From positions 48,918,001 to 48,982,000 of the forward strand of contig OZ024750.1 in the NCBI GenBank assembly GCA_964016885.1: 64,000 bases of DNA. The letters run 5' to 3'. The position numbers and the translations under genes were made by a program. Under the pieces are notes generated by a model that was given only the letters and a program-made list of their open reading frames with translations, searched no databases and had not been told where the DNA came from. Positions 38,130-50,293 of this stretch are shown here, one piece after another (positions within the stretch are counted from its first letter, which is position 1; each line of letters starts with the position of its first letter). This DNA is from Eledone cirrhosa. Taxonomy: Eukaryota.

Positions 38130-39075
38130 TAGTGGCGGGGAACACTTTTCACTCCACCCATATCTTCGTTTACAAGTGAATCATTAAACAGTTGATAAGG
38201 GATTAGATGAAGAAAAAAATGTCTGTATTCACTCCTTTCAACCTGGTCCACTAAAAACCTTCTTTCGCTACCGCAAATCAGACACTGGAAAACTCTGTGC
38301 ACTTCACAGTCACAAAAAGACGGTTGGGAGGTCTTCCGTATGCACTTGGCCGAGCGCCGGATCCTTCCCACATGCTACAACTTCTGCCGGACGTATTCCC
38401 ACAACTCAGTAATGCACGGACACTGGACGAGTGCGTGCAGAACCCTTTCGTCATTCTGCGCGCATCTTGGGCAGGTCCGTCTGGCAACACTTCCGTGTCT
38501 GCTGAGTTTAACTCGAGCAGGCAGTGACCTCCGTTAGCAGTGCCAGGCGATTGATTTCGCGAAGTTATGCATAGTCCCCGGGTCGAAAGTTCTCCAGAAA
38601 ACACTGGTCAATTCGATTTCATGTACGCCCATAGCCTCTCTGAGTCTAGAACCTCTCTGATCCTCTCTGATTCTATCACTAATCTTCTATAAAAATGGAA
38701 GTTCCACTGACCACATTGGCCGCCTGGTTGGGGGCAGTGAGCGATGGCAACGTTCCAACTACAGCTCAGTCAAAGAAACCCGCCTTGGAAGGACCTGTCT
38801 CACAAACGATGACTACCACTGTTTACCTTTAGTTATTGATTCCAGAGATGCCACAGCTTCAACGCATGTTTACGCATCATTAGCCACGGCATTGCCAGCA
38901 CTCCATGTAGAGGTTGGTGGCAGCAGATGGACAGTTTCACCAACGGAACGTGTCCCCTCCACAAAAGGTTGAAATGAAGCCGGTCCAATTCGGTGAGGGA
39001 CGAGTGGGGTAGAGCACGACAGTCATGCGGTATAAGATAAGGGATGCTATATATGAATCTGTTATCTCCACTCGA
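38130..39075 (-). mobile_element. Tx1-like ORF2 3' relic (duplicated at ~41965-42890)
   Basis: Colinear with ~23440-24420. Confidence 0.8.
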
Positions 39076-39608
39076 TCAGAAAAAAAGAAGTCATAACGGC
39101 AGCAGGTGAAGATTGGAGAAATATATACGAGCCTAACTACGTCATTATGTGGAGCAAGAGGAACATATTCTTGATATGGCTAAAACATAATTTTGTTATG
39201 ACAATCCAGAAGACTAACATTCTTTTTAGAATTGCTGAATGATTTCTAGCTACCCTATATGAACAAAGTATTTTAATAAGCGTAAAATGATTAAGCATAA
39301 CAATTGTGAATGTAAACAGCTTCAGTATTTTGTTGAGGACGATAAAAGTCACAGGTCAAAAATATACTATTTCGGAGGAATAACCATGTCAATTCTCAGT
39401 TAAACTATTTATATCTATGATCGTTTTCATTAAGATATATAGAACCAATCAAATGAATTAATCACTCACGTGTATGGTATGAAATATGGATCAATTAATA
39501 AATATATTAGAATATCTGGTTATATTAATAATTTAAATCGAGTAAATACATGAATGCATTTGAAATTATGCTAATACTTAACGGGGAGAAATTGATTAGT
39601 CTCTCACT

Positions 39609-39693
<85 letters not shown>

Positions 39694-40103
39694 CGAGAGG
39701 GAAAGAGAGAGTAGAGATAGAGAAGGAGAGTGACAGAGAGACACAGTGAAAGAGATACAGCTCAAACTCATAGATTAGGTATGATAAACTTTGAAATGTC
39801 GATTATTTTAGTAATAAAAAAGACAATTATGTAAGAGAATGGCACATATTATTGGCACATCAGACGATGATATAATTAATATTACTGTTTCAATTAATGT
39901 GGATTAAGTGTAGATATGTGTAGGATTTACTCCTATTTCAATATGTTTGCTATTGATTCGTCACCATTGAAATATTACATGGGAAAATATATATGTATTT
40001 CTTCTGTATTTAAATAGATTTAATTGAGTATTCTCTCAGAAATACACGAGATAACAGATAATCCTCTTGTAATCTATTTTTCAGGAAACGATATCGTAAA
40101 ATA

Positions 40104-41618
40104 ATAAAGAGCTTATTCATCATTAAACTGCTACTATGCACTTTTATCCATATACTGGCAGTTAGCAGTGAAAATATTTTATATATGTCATGGTGTAGCT
40201 ACAGTCATGTAAATCCAAAGATTTCCGTAGCAAAGGAATTACGAAAATATGGACATAACAGCTATTTCCCTCTGAATAAACAACTTACTGAAGCTTTTAG
40301 ACACGAAAAAAACATACATTTGATACATATGGATGAAACACCAGAAATTGATAATTTACGATCTTTGGTGCAGAAGCAAGAAGCATCAAAGCGTATTGTT
40401 CTAATGAGATATATTCTGAAGGAATTTCATAGAATGTGCGAAACATTTATAAGCAACGAAAAATGGATAGAATCTTTGAGAGACGTCAATGCTAGATTAG
40501 TTGTTGTCAACGGACTATTCTTTTCTAATTGCCTGTCAATAATTGCTTATAAACTCTCAATACCGTTTGTTTTCTCAGGATCCGAGATATTTCCTAGTGT
40601 CCACCGTATTCCATGGGCGCCCAACGTTTTCCCTAATTCAATGATCGGATTCACAGGCAAGATGACATATTTCGAAAAGTTAATAAATACTTTAGTTTCT
40701 ATTATTGACTACACTATCCCTCCAACTGTATCGCCTACACACAGTGTCAAAACATACGCTAAAGACAAGCCTGATATTCCTTTCACTGATTTGCTACACT
40801 TGGCAGAGTTATTTCTGATTGAAAAAGATGTACTGTTAGATTCTCCTCTACCACAGCTTCCTAATGAAAAATATGTTGGCGGTCTTGCTAGCAAAGATTC
40901 GTTACCATTGAAGGGAGCAACACAGACATTTGTGGATTCTTCTAAAAATGGAATAGTTCTAGTAAGTTTTGGTGGTAACCTCGATGATTTCCCAGAGGTT
41001 CAATTAGAAAAACTAGAAAATGCTTTTAAACAAATAAAATATGATGTTGTGTGGAGGCAGAAGAAAATATCATTTTCTCATAAGAATATTTATATAAGTG
41101 AGTGGATTCCACAGAATGACCTGCTTGGACATCCAAAAACTAAGTTGTTTGTTACTCACTGTGGAAATAAAGGTCAGTTTGAAGCTTTATTTCATGGTGT
41201 ACCAATGCTAGGAATACCTTTATTTGCAGATCAACATTATAATGCTCGTCGAATGACCGACAAAGGATATGGTCTTTCCCTAGACATAGAGAACTTTTCT
41301 ACTGAAGAATTGATAGACAAAATTAATGAGTTGATGGAAAATGATACATATTCTAAGAAGATTAAAAGAGCTAGTGAAATATTTCATTCTCGTCCTGAGC
41401 ATCCAGCGAAGAAAGCAGCCCGCCACATCGATCACATTTTAAAGTATGGTGGAACATATCTGAAATCTCCATGTCAAGAGAGTCCATTGTGGGAATTTCT
41501 TATGATCGATGTATTGTTTCCTATATTTTTAATAACATTACTTCTGATATATTTCATATATCTGATTGGGAAAAAATGTATATATTTTTGTTGGAAGAAG
41601 AAAGCTAAAAGGGATTAA
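40104..41618 (+). CDS. UGT: UDP-glycosyltransferase copy C: ancestral ATG changed to ATA (40104), next in-frame ATG at 40185 (477 aa, no signal peptide); possible pseudogene
   Basis: aataATAaagagctta versus aataATGaagagctta in A and B; frame open to KAKRD-stop. Confidence 0.8.
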   Translation: MKSLFIIKLLLCTFIHILAVSSENILYMSWCSYSHVNPKISVAKELRKYGHNSYFPLNKQLTEAFRHEKNIHLIHMDETPEIDNLRSLVQKQEASKRIVLMRYILKEFHRMCETFISNEKWIESLRDVNARLVVVNGLFFSNCLSIIAYKLSIPFVFSGSEIFPSVHRIPWAPNVFPNSMIGFTGKMTYFEKLINTLVSIIDYTIPPTVSPTHSVKTYAKDKPDIPFTDLLHLAELFLIEKDVLLDSPLPQLPNEKYVGGLASKDSLPLKGATQTFVDSSKNGIVLVSFGGNLDDFPEVQLEKLENAFKQIKYDVVWRQKKISFSHKNIYISEWIPQNDLLGHPKTKLFVTHCGNKGQFEALFHGVPMLGIPLFADQHYNARRMTDKGYGLSLDIENFSTEELIDKINELMENDTYSKKIKRASEIFHSRPEHPAKKAARHIDHILKYGGTYLKSPCQESPLWEFLMIDVLFPIFLITLLLIYFIYLIGKKCIYFCWKKKAKRD

Positions 41619-41964
41619 CATATTTTCTTTGTTTAACTTTATTGTTGTAAACAATATTTTGTTTAATAAAAATCCAGTGGAGAAAATTGGTTTATATTCA
41701 TGTCTTAATATGTACTGTTTCAAAAATAAATATCTAGTTATGTAGTGTGTTTGTGTTCATGTTTTAATATGTTCTATTTCAACAACAAATGTAATTCCAA
41801 TGTCGCCTTTTTTTCCCTGGAAGAATTCATGAAACTTTGTTGTGTCTTAGATGATATGTTAAAGTTATGTAACATTCAATTACAAAACAGTCTAACGTTA
41901 TGTCCCCTAAAGTTAATAAATCATATAAATATATACATTGTGCAGCCCATGTCTTAGCAATTGT

Positions 41965-42890
41965 AGTGGCGGGTAACACTTTTCTCTCCACCCAAATCTT
42001 CGTTTACAAGTGAATCATTAAATAGTTGATGAGGGATTAGATGAATAAAAACATGTCTGTATTCAGTCCTTTCAACCTGGTCCACTAAAAACCCTCTTTC
42101 GCTACCGCAAATCAGACACTGGAAAACTCTGTGCACTTCACAGTCACAAAAAGACGGTTGGGAGGTCTTCCGTATGCATTTGGCGGAGCGCCAGATCGTT
42201 CCCACATGCTACAACTTCTGCCGGACGTACTCCCTCAACTCAGTAATGCACGGACACTGGACGAGTGCGTGCAGAACCCTTTCGTCATTTTGCGCGCATC
42301 TTGGGCAGGTCCGTCTGGCAACACTTCCGTGCCTGTTGAGTTTAACTCGAGCAGGCAGTGCAGTGCGTTAGCACTGCCAGGCGATGGATTTCTCGAAGTT
42401 ATGCATAGTCCCCGGGTCGAAAGTTCTCCAGAAAACAATGGTCAATTCTATTTCATGTACGCCCATAGCCTCTCTGAGTCTAGAACCTCTCTGATCCTCT
42501 CTGAGTCTATCACTAATCTTCTATAAAAATAGAAGTTCCACTGACCACATTGGCCGATGGCAACGTTCCAACTACAGCTTAGTCAAAGAAACGCGTCTTG
42601 GAAGGACCTGTCTCACAAACGGTGACCACACCTGTTTACCTTTAGGTATTGATTCCGGAGATGCCACAGCTTCAACGCGTGTTTGCGCATCATTAGCCAT
42701 GGCATTGCCAGCACTCCATGTAGAGGTTGGTGGCAGCAGATGGACAGTTTCACCAACGGAACCTGTCCCCTTCACAAGAGGTTGAAATGAAGCCGGTCCA
42801 ATTCGGTGAGGGACGAGTGGGGTAGAGCACGACAGTCAGGCGGTATAAGATAAGGGATGCTATATATGAATCTGTTACATCCGCTTGATC
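41965..42890 (-). mobile_element. Tx1-like ORF2 3' relic (second copy)
   Basis: Paralogous to 38130-39075. Confidence 0.8.
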
Positions 42891-44475
42891 AGAAAAAAAG
42901 AAGTCATAACGGCAGTTGGTGAAGATAGGAGAAATGTATACGAGGCTAACTACGTGTGGAGCGAGAGGAATACATTCTTGATATGGCCATAACATAATTT
43001 TGTTATGACAATCCAGAAGACAAACATTCTTTTTAGAATTGCTGAATGATTTCTAGCTACCCTATATGAAAAAATTATGTTAATAAACGTAAAATGATTA
43101 AGCATAACAATTGTGAATGTAAACAGCTTCAGTATTTTGTTGAGGACGATAAAAGTCACAGGTCATAAATTTTCTATTTCGGATGAATAACCATGTCATT
43201 TCTCAGTTAAAATATTTATATCTATGATCGTTTTCATTAAGATATATAGAACCAATCAAATGAATTAATCACTCATTTGTATGGTAGGACCTGTTCTTAT
43301 AACACCATGAAATATGGATCAATTAATAAATATATTAGAATATCTGGTTATATTAATAATTTAAATCGAGTAAATACATGAATGCATTTGAATCATGCTA
43401 ATACTTAACGGGGAGAATTTGATTAGTCAATCCACTATGCAGTCCTTAGTACTCTTACTAACCCAATAATTATATCTAGCTATAATTGTAGGAACAGGGA
43501 ACACGCCCTCTTAAGGGTGATTAGCTTACACACATTTAGTGTATTTATGCTTTGTTTTCACAACTCGTTGCCGTAAATTATGCATTGGAATGTTTTTACA
43601 TAGTTTTTAACTCACGCTACTACATGCATCTTCATTTGTTATAGAAGAAACATAAACAAATCTAAACTTTGCAAGCCCATTTGATAAGGGAGTTAGAAAA
43701 TTATAATATTGAGTACTCTTTCAACTGGGATATATTGAAGGCTTCCCAGGCCTAGTAACCTTCAAACCTTATATTATCTGCTAATAATTAAATCTGACTT
43801 AAATAGGAAATCCAATATAGGTTCTACGTGCTTGACATGAATTCGTATTCATTCTACTTTAGTAAATGAGACCCACTTAATATAGTCTGCAAGGGTTAAC
43901 TATAAATAGGATGTATGATTATATCTTATTTAGAGCTACAACTTTCACAGTCACCTCTAAATACTATTATATTATTAGGAAATAATTTGACTTAAACCAT
44001 AGGTAAAATGTTTCATTTACAGGAGAAGTAATATTTGAATGAACTAATAGTTCTAATGAACTACCCACATATTCTGTCTCATATGGCCACTAACTCCTCT
44101 CCGTTCATTCATGATATATCTCGACTTATATTGAGCCTGTATAGTCGGGTACGTATTAATTACATATATGTGGTTTGAACTTAAACAGAATATACCTATA
44201 TATGGGTTTATTCTTCACGCAAATTCTTGACTATTGAACCATTTACGATAACAATATATATTATTGCTATATAACAATACTATTTGAATCTCTGTACATA
44301 CTATGCAATTAACGTTCCTTAAAAATGGTTGTGTTTCGACCCCAGGTCGACCCTCTTCCTGCTATATCAAGCGTTAACCTAATATATCATTTCCCTATAC
44401 TGTACCGATTGTGTTGTTATTTCTGTTTACCTTTTACATACACTCACACCCGTGTACCCACACACACACACACAC

Positions 44476-44551
<76 letters not shown>

Positions 44552-44650
44552 TATATAACGAAGGAGGTGTGGTAAACAACCAGATGGACCATAACGTACC
44601 AGAGTACACCATACTTAGGGTAGTAGAGTGTGTAATAGGAAGACATTTAA

Positions 44651-44739
44651 TCCCGACGGCAGGGCTCAAGCCGTTTGGACGGCTATTTCTGGGCTCTGAG
44701 TCCAGAAATAGCCAACAGCTTGAGCCCTTCCGTCGGGGA
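44651..44739. repeat. GC-rich ~90-nt hairpin between (TA)n tracts
   Basis: tcccgacgg-c-agggctcaagc...ggctatttctgg / ccagaaatagcc...gcttgagccct-t-ccgtcgggga. Confidence 0.85.
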
Positions 44740-44886
44740 CAAACATTTTCCCACATATATATATATATATATATCATAAATTATATAATTAGCCGTCGAA
44801 ACGGCTTGTGCTCAGCCATCGGGGGCCTACTCGTTCCTATATATTTATATAAATATCCCATATATTATTATTTAACCACATTTGTA

Positions 44887-45071
44887 GGGCGGTGGATTGG
44901 CAGTATCGGTAGAGGGTCGGATGCCATGCTTTCCAGCATAGTTACGTCCCTTTACGATCTGAGTTCAAATCCTGCCGAGGTTGACTTTGCCTTTCATCCT
45001 TACGGGGTCGATAAAATAAAGTACCAGTAATGCACTGGGTAATTGCTGGCCTTGTGCCTAAAGTAGAAACA
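44887..45071 (+). mobile_element. Full-length tRNA-like SINE with target-site duplication
   Basis: A-box-like tggcagtatcgg and B-box gagttcaaatcc; attattatttaaccacatttgta repeated at 44864-44886 and 45072-45094. Confidence 0.9.
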
Positions 45072-45135
45072 ATTATTATTTAACCACATTTGTATCTATT
45101 CATTTGTCTGTCGTTACAGGTCACAGTGAAAAACA

Positions 45136-46650
45136 ATGCAGAATCTTTTCATCATTACACTGCTAATATGCACCATAATCCGTTTACACACCGTTAACAC
45201 TGAAAATATTTTATATCTAGCATGGCCTGTCTTTAGTCAAGTAAATCCAATGATATCGATAGCAAACGAATTAGCACAATATGGACATAACAGCTATTTC
45301 ACTCTGAATAAACATCTGACTGAAACCTACCGCGACGAAAAGAATATACATTTAATTCCAATGAATGAAATACCAGAAATTGAAGAGGTACAATCTGAAG
45401 CACAAGCACAGGAAGTATTACAACGTATTTTTATAGTACGAAAGGTTCTGACTCTGTTCCCTATGGTATGTGATAGATTTTTAAAAAATGAAAAGTGGAT
45501 CGAGTCTTTGAATGCTGTCAATGCCAGCTTAGCTATTGTCAATGGAGAATTTTTTACTCAATGTCTGACAATAATTGCTTATAGATTATCCATACCGCAT
45601 ATTTTTACTGCCTCTGAGATAATTCCTAGTATCCATCGTATTCCATGGTCTCCCAATGTTTTCCCACATAACTACCTCGGATTCTCGAGCAAGATGACGT
45701 ATTTCCAAAAGTTAATAAATACGTTAGTTTCTATTATTGACTACACTATTCCTCCAATTGGATCGCCTACACACAGTGTCAAAACATACGCTAAAGACAA
45801 GCCTGATATTTCTTTCACTGATTTGCTACATCAAGCACAATTTTTTCTGATTAATAACGATGTTCTTTTAGATTCTCCTCTACCACAACTTCCAAATGTA
45901 AGATATGTTGGAGGTCTTTCTACCAGGCATTCATTACCATTGAAGGGAGAACTACTGCAAGTTGTGAATGCATCTAAGAATGGAATACTTCTTGTAACTT
46001 TTGGTAGTTACATCAATGATTTCCCAGAGGTTCAATTAGAAAAACTACAAAATGCTTTTAAACAAATAAAATATGATGTTGTGTGGAGACAGAAGAAAAC
46101 ATCATTTTCTCATAAGAATATTTATCTAAGTGACTGGATTCCACAAAATGACCTGCTTGGACATCCAAAAACTAAGTTGTTTGTTACTCACTGTGGAAAT
46201 AAAGGTCAGTTTGAAGCTTTATTTCATGGTGTACCAATGCTAGGAATACCTTTATTTGCAGACCAACATCATAACGCACGGCGAATGACCGACAAAGGTT
46301 ATGGTCTTTCCCTAGACATAGAGAACTTTTCTACTGAAGAATTGATGGACAAAATTAATGAGTTGATTGAAAATGATACATATTCTAAGAAGATTAAAAG
46401 AGCTAGTGAAATATTTCATTCTCGTCCTGAACATCCAGCGAAGAAATCAGCCCGCCATATCGATCACATTTTAAAGTATGGTGGAACATATCTGAAATCT
46501 CCATGTCAAGAGAGTCCATTGTGGGAATTTCTTATGATCGATGTATTGTTACCTATATTTGTAGTAACATTACTTCTGTTATATTTCATATATCTGATTG
46601 GGAAAAAAACTGTGTCATTTTGTTTTAAAAAGAAAACTAAAACTGCTTAA
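45136..46650 (+). CDS. UGT: UDP-glycosyltransferase copy D, 504 aa (Gln at the catalytic His position)
   Basis: UGT signature, TM helix, KTKTA tail; WPVFSQVNP versus WPSYSHVNP in copy A. Confidence 0.95.
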   Translation: MQNLFIITLLICTIIRLHTVNTENILYLAWPVFSQVNPMISIANELAQYGHNSYFTLNKHLTETYRDEKNIHLIPMNEIPEIEEVQSEAQAQEVLQRIFIVRKVLTLFPMVCDRFLKNEKWIESLNAVNASLAIVNGEFFTQCLTIIAYRLSIPHIFTASEIIPSIHRIPWSPNVFPHNYLGFSSKMTYFQKLINTLVSIIDYTIPPIGSPTHSVKTYAKDKPDISFTDLLHQAQFFLINNDVLLDSPLPQLPNVRYVGGLSTRHSLPLKGELLQVVNASKNGILLVTFGSYINDFPEVQLEKLQNAFKQIKYDVVWRQKKTSFSHKNIYLSDWIPQNDLLGHPKTKLFVTHCGNKGQFEALFHGVPMLGIPLFADQHHNARRMTDKGYGLSLDIENFSTEELMDKINELIENDTYSKKIKRASEIFHSRPEHPAKKSARHIDHILKYGGTYLKSPCQESPLWEFLMIDVLLPIFVVTLLLLYFIYLIGKKTVSFCFKKKTKTA

Positions 46651-46828
46651 AATACTTCATTTATTTAAACTTAACTTTATAATATATGGATTGTTTTTCT
46701 TTTTTTCTGTATGACAAGGTTGGGAATTTGTAATGTGCTTAAGTCCGTATTTAATTATTGAATATCATTTAAATTCGCAATGATTTACGATCATATTGTT
46801 AAAATGTTTTAATGCTTGTAAACGTCAT

Positions 46829-47416
46829 TCTAGCGGATAGTTGGGTGGTAACGGATAAGTAATTAAATGGAATTGTTGGTATGATGGTTTCAAGGCAAAG
46901 AATAATACCAGGATTGTGTTGTTACAGAGTTTATTTTCTTATAACAATATTCAATTTGAATATTGAATGATAAAATCTATAACATTAAACATTCGTACAA
47001 TAATTTGGTGGCTCTTCTAGCCACGTAAAGTACAAGTATCACAGAATACGATTATACGATAATGTGTATTGTATCTGAAAGATACAATGTGACAGAAATG
47101 GTACGTATAAAAATGCAAGTAGTGTGAACTTACTGTGTATGCGTGTGTGAGTATTAGTATACTTTCTTGTTTTAACAGTAGTAGTAATCACTCAGTCAGC
47201 CGTGTAATGGCGTGTGAGAAATTAGTGTGTAGACTAAACAACTCAGAAGGATGGATATATCCTCTGACCTATTTTCTGCCACACGTAAACAACCTCTGAC
47301 CTGTGTTTAGCATCTCCCAAGGAGTTGGTCTGCCGGGCGTTAACAACTAACCACGGCTTGTCCCTGAGGGGGGAAAGCTCAGGTTCGGTTTCGAATCTTC
47401 GCCGCCGTTGTACTAC
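46829..47416 (-). repeat. 3' LTR of the Gypsy element
   Basis: Similar to 55302-55805 (gtaacggataagt...gaatcttcgccgccgtt); short purine-rich tract adjacent on the minus strand. Confidence 0.8.
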
Positions 47417-50293
47417 CCCTACCAGTGAGAAAGCTAAAGATTGAAGGATCTAGGTGTGTTTCAAATGAAGATAGGTAAGACTAGGTGTGTTGTTGAAGAA
47501 AATCAGAAAAAATACATTAAGTCATTTACAAACAGGCGAAATTAAAGAAAACATGCAAAGCAAAACAAATTTACATGCAGGAAAATGTACTGTGATGTTA
47601 CATAAAATTGAAAATGTTCATATTGGTTTTTTTATTAAAAGTTCGTTCATTTCATAGAAACGGAAAAGAATGTCCTCTGGAAGTGTATGATGCACGGAGT
47701 CAATTGATTTGTGTGTAGCAATAGTTCATGACCACAGAAATTGGCCGATTCGTTGAAATGTACAAATTAGCCGAAATGCCGACCAGATGCATAATTTGTA
47801 CTTACCCGATAAACTTGTACGTTTCGCATGGGCCATCGAACTGTCCTTCCAGATTTGGTGTGTCGGGGTTGTGCAGAATTTGTCGTGTTTGTGTCGAGCA
47901 AAATTGTTGGTGACTCTGTTGGAGAAACGCTTTTTTTAACGGTCAATGGAGACAGTATTTCGTTTATCGTTCAAGTCGAGGGCGTTTCTGTATCACCTTA
48001 TAGGGCCCGGAATACGGCGGACGAAGTTGCGATGTAATACCGTCATTTCTAACGAAAACATGCGTCCATGTATCGATGTCTTTTGGTATGTGTGAAGTAA
48101 CGTGCTGTTGTTTAGGGGCTGAAGGAGACAGATGCGACATCGATGACCGTAAACGGTGCACATATTTTGTTGGGGCTGGAAGTTCTTGTGGTGAAACAGG
48201 AGCGATCATTTGCCCGGCTAGAGAATGTCCGACTCCCTCCTTAACAGTGGAACGAATATCGAGAAGAATGAGTGGGAGGTATTCGAAACAGTTAGTGGAG
48301 TCTTCGTAAGCCTTGTTGGCTGCTTTTAGCTGACGGTGGAAACGTTCCAGCATGCCGTTAGCGGCAGGATGATACGCCGTTGTACGGATGTATTTGCACC
48401 AGAGGAGACGAGTCAGCTTGGTAAAGAGGTGCGAATCGAATTGACGTCCTCTATCCGTGGTGATGGTCGCGGGGGTACCGAATCGTGAAACACAGTGAAA
48501 CACTAGCGTTTTGGCGACAGTTTCCGCGGTAATATCCTTCAGGGGAAAAGCTGGCCAGCGAGAAAATCGGTCGACACAGGTGAGAAGATGAGTGTAGTTT
48601 TGAGAAAGAGGCAAAGGTCCAACGATGTCTACGTGCACATGTTGGAACCGTGCATTAGGTGTTGCGAAAGAATCGATCGGCGCTTTGAAGTGCCGTTGAA
48701 TGTTCGCCTTCTGGCATGCGATACACTTCCTAGCCCATTCGCGGGTGTCCTTGTTTATGCTGGTCCACACAAAGCGGGCAACCATCAGTTTCTGCGTGGT
48801 ACGGACGCCAGGATGATCCATGGAATGCAGTGCCGAACAAATGTCGCGTCGATGTTTCCGGGGCACGTATACGCGATCGTGGCCTGTGGAGTTGTCGCGC
48901 CAAAAATAACCCGAAGAAGAGGGCAGCGGGCATTCCTGCAATTTCAAGGAGGATTTCCGGAGCTGCAGCAGTTCCTCGTCATTCTTTTTATTCGCTGCAA
49001 TATTCTGAAGATCGATAGTTGCAGTGGCCTGAATTGCGTTAAGCTCCATGCGCGATAGGGCATGAGCTGTTGAGTTGGTGGCACCCTTAATCTACCGAAT
49101 ATCAGTAGTGTACTGAGAAATGAAGTCCAGATGTCGGACCTCCTTGGGTGACTGTCGGTCAGGCTTGGCGTTGAATGCGTACAGTAGTGGTTTGTGGTCG
49201 ATGTATATAGAGAACACACGACCTTCTAGCATGTGTCGAAAATGCTTGACAGCAAGGTATGCTGCCAATAATTCACGACTGAATGTGCTGTACTTAGTTT
49301 CGCCGGGTTTTAATCGCTTAGAGAAAAATGATACAGGTCGCCAAAATATCGCCAGAGATTTGTTGAAGCACACCTCTAACTCAGAAATCGGATGCATCAG
49401 TCAATAAACACATCAGGGCGTCAGGTTTGGGGTAACTCAGCATTGTAGCCTCGGACAATATTTTCTGCAACTCAGCCAAAGCGGTACATTCTTTTTCGCC
49501 GAGATTGATGTTTGCGTTTTTGTTTGTACGTGGCCACAGTAAATATGTGAGCGGTTGGGCGTTCTTTGCACAGTGGGGTATACATCTTCTGTAGAAGTTT
49601 ACCAGGCTAAGAAATTCTCGCAGTTTGCGCAGAGATGTGGTCTGTGGAAAATCAATGATGGATTTTAACTTCTCCTTCACTGGGCGAATGCCATCTTCAT
49701 CAATGATGTATTCCAGGAAATGAAGGGACGCAACTCCGAACTCACATTTGCTGGGGTTGATAACAATTTCGTATTCCACGCAAACGTGTGAATAGCAGGT
49801 CCAGGTGTTTCTCATGTTCTTCATCGGAGCCGCTGGCCACCAGTAAGTCGTCGATGTATGCGTATACAAAAGGTAGACATCTTGTGACTGTATCGATGAA
49901 TCGCTTGAATGTCTGCGCTGCATTACGCAAACCGAAAGGCATATGCAGCAATTCGAACATTCCAAAGGGTGTTGCGACGGTGGTCTTAGGAATATCAGCG
50001 GGCTCTGCAGGTATCTGATTGTAAACTCGCACAAGATCGATCTTCGAAAATATGCGAGCTCCGTGCAGCGAACTAGAGAAGTCCTGTAGAGGCACTGGAT
50101 AAGAGTCCGTCACGGTGCAGTTGTTTAGTTTACGGTAGCCGCCACAGACTCGCCAGTCGTTCGACGACTTCTTGGGTACGTAATGTATGAGTGAGGACCA
50201 GTTGCTGCTGAACGGACGTATGATGCCGATATCCATCATGTGCTGCAATTCTTGTTTGACGGACTTCAGCCGGTCTGGTGGTAGCCTTCTAGG

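Larger units (their letters stand above)
35792..43427 (+). repeat. Tandem duplication of a ~3.8-kb unit (35792-39599, 39600-43427), each with acceptor, UGT exon and Tx1 relic
   Basis: Both units start tctctcactcattctatat and end acggggagaa(a/t)ttgattagt. Confidence 0.9.

Noticed and set aside
43901-44010. TATAAATA and a weak donor as a possible UGT-D promoter and first exon
   Set aside because: Such motifs are common by chance in AT-rich DNA.
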